From Octopus sinensis (Eukaryota): a DNA stretch of 64,000 bases. This document shows positions 61,713 through 64,000 of this stretch, piece after piece. The position numbers and the translations under genes are program-made. The DNA lies in NCBI RefSeq assembly GCF_006345805.1, contig NC_042999.1, positions 11,656,001 to 11,720,000 of the forward strand, written 5' to 3'. Each line of letters begins with the position of its first letter. Positions within the stretch are counted from its first letter, which is position 1. Below the pieces are notes generated by a model. The model saw only the letters and a program-made list of their open reading frames with translations. It was not told the DNA's origin and did not search any database.

Positions 61713-62616
61713 GAAAAAGAATAGATGAAGCGAACGACAACTCCCCGTTTATTTTTCTTCTTCTTTTCTTTAATTTCTTTTCCCTTTTGACATTTGTTAT
61801 CTATTAAACACTCACATATCTATCAAATGCCTGCTCCATGCTTTTCCTTCCATGTCTGTTTCATGTGTCCTCCATGTTTTGCTCTGTTTGTGCTGATGGT
61901 TTTTTTTCCTGAATTCGATGACGACTGTCTTCTCCTTCTTCTTCTCCAATTGTGGATCCATTGATGATTGTACATCTTAAAGGGCAGCAACACCACAGCT
62001 AGAGGCTGCAGTCATACAGGCAACTTCAGAATCGTGACTAACGCCACCTACATCACATGTACTCTCACGTACTCACACAAGCGAGGAAATGATGGAAATT
62101 ATAGGACTTTATTGTCACAGACCATTCTTGCAATAACAATGACCATTACAAGACCAAGATCTATAATCCACATTTTGGGATTTTCGGGCCTACACAGGGA
62201 AGTTTTATCATGGCATTAGCAGGCTTACATTTTGCTGTAATAGTTCTAGTGTAAAAGATGGCCAAGGACGATTGGTGGTAATCTCTCAGCTTGTGTAGGC
62301 CAACAGAAATCCAATCTGTTAGCAATTGTCTTAAAGCTGACCACCACAACTTGATTTTTTTTATCTTCTAATGATGTGGTCATCTACCTGTTATATTTCT
62401 GAATTTACCCACAATGCAGCAGAGCAGTGCTGACAGGTCTCACCTAACCCCGACAGCTAAGGAGCTACTCTCTCCCAGATTAGGTAAACAAAAGTGCCTT
62501 AAAATGGTCTTACAGTGTGATGGTTGGCTGTCTCAACCATTTTTTGTTTTTGCTGTCTCCTTTCACTCTTTCCACTGAGTCGTCAGTCCAGAATAGGGAT
62601 CCATGATTATCTAGAC

Positions 62617-63151
62617 GTGGTTCTCAACTAGGGTCCATATAAGATTTTGGGGGTCCATGTAACAAAATAGTAAATTGGAGATCCACAATAGTATTTTAAG
62701 GGACCCTGAAAAATGTTGCTTTAGATGTATTGGTTATGTATTGCAAGAAACAGCCAGGTTTCTTTCCCTAACATTTTACATAATTCAGCCGACACAAGTT
62801 AATGTGGGGAAAACAAAACAGGAATTTTGAAAGAAACTTCTAGAAAACTAGTTTTTAACCCTTTCGTTACTGTACTTCTTTTGAGATGCTCTGTGTTTCT
62901 CTCAATTATCTTAGATATATCAAAGAATTTAGTAAAATAACTTCATAATCATTAAGCTAGTGTTAAGAACATAAATTGTGACTAAGGTTTGGTGGAAGAT
63001 TTTAATTCAAAACTTATGAAAATATGACATTTGTACTACCGAGCCAGAACCGGTTTCAGCCAGGTTGGTAATGAAAGGGCTGGGGGTCCACCAGAATAAG
63101 GTAGTAATCAAATAGTAATCCCAAAATCTAAAAAATGGTTGAGAACCCCTG
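62617..63151. mobile_element. hAT-type MITE
   Basis: GTGGTTCTCAAC ... GGTTGAGAACCCCTG; flanking 8-mers ATCTAGAC (62609-62616) and ATCTCGAC (63152-63159) match 7/8, consistent with an 8-bp TSD. Confidence 0.7.
62859..63079. mobile_element. piggyBac-like MITE nested in the hAT MITE
   Basis: TTAA|CCCTTTCGTTAC ... GTAATGAAAGGG; the right TTAA is not retained. Confidence 0.6.
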
Positions 63152-63311
63152 ATCTCGACAGATGTTATAATCCTTTTAATCAGATAGCTTGATAGGGGGG
63201 GGATACTTAGTTGCCACCGACCTGACCAAGTAACGGAGGTCAGGTGGGTAATATGCTACCTGTAGCATTCCAAGCAACCTTACACAAAAATGGGTTCACA
63301 TGCACATTTAT

Positions 63312-63347
<36 letters not shown>

Positions 63348-64000
63348 CTATTTTCTCTTTGAGACCTTTTAAAATAATCTTCTCACTTATCTCATATTAA
63401 TCTATTTTTCATTCTAATCTATTTCAGAAACTCTATTCGTTATTTGCTGACAGCAACATCAACTGGAAAAGAACCAAAGCAGGCCATATTTCTGATGCGT
63501 TTCAACCTTGATAAACAACCACATTCAAACTTGCCAAATCTCACAACTTTGTCAGGAGTCTCAAGATTTTACTCATAATCTCACGAGTCTCACCTTTTCA
63601 AGAACAATTTCTCACCCTTTTTCCACTGACAAACTCCAAAACATATTTATACATCTAAAGACTTTTCACCGTTCCTCGGTGCATTTTTAGCCAACTCGTA
63701 AAAGACCCCTCCTCTACGTGGCAATGGCATCTGCACTTATTATCTTACTGACTCTATGGTTTTGCTATTTATGTTCTTAACTTGACTGATTCCATTATTT
63801 ATGTTCTAACTTTCACTTATATCTACAACACGCATTTGTTCTTTTACAACAAAAAAAAAGAGAGAAAGAAAAAAATATAAATAAAAATTCTTAAGGATAT
63901 TTTATTGCTTTCTGTAGAAGTCATGTGACACCAAATCCCAATTGCGCTAATCCTAATGTTGACTCTTCTAGGAAATTCGAGGGTATCTCCACTACTTTTC

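Overview
Eukaryotic, AT-rich, repeat-saturated DNA with no host protein-coding gene that I can identify with confidence. The SINE, LINE and microsatellite complement looks like an octopod cephalopod (Octopus) genome; this is inferred from repeat style, not a database match. Most ORFs in the track are microsatellite translations or transposon debris. Recognisable content: two CR1-group LINEs, several RTE LINE copies (one tandemly duplicated as a 2.9 kb unit), two Tx1/L1-clade LINE remnants, a Penelope-like (GIY-YIG) element, two Tc1 and three DD37D-like mariner relics, hAT, piggyBac and Tc1 MITEs, a possible Gypsy LTR relic, and at least three tRNA-derived SINE families. Three observations stand out. 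(1) A collinear same-strand chimera at 3070-6950: intron-containing tRNA-Lys(TTT), then a doubly truncated CR1-like LINE, then a Penelope-like 3' end. (2) Minimal hammerhead-ribozyme motifs from four different small elements, three with non-standard features. (3) A perfect 170-bp-arm palindrome (2-nt spacer) at 54809-55150 with a hammerhead motif in each arm. Repeat boundaries are by eye and approximate unless TIR or TSD positions are quoted.
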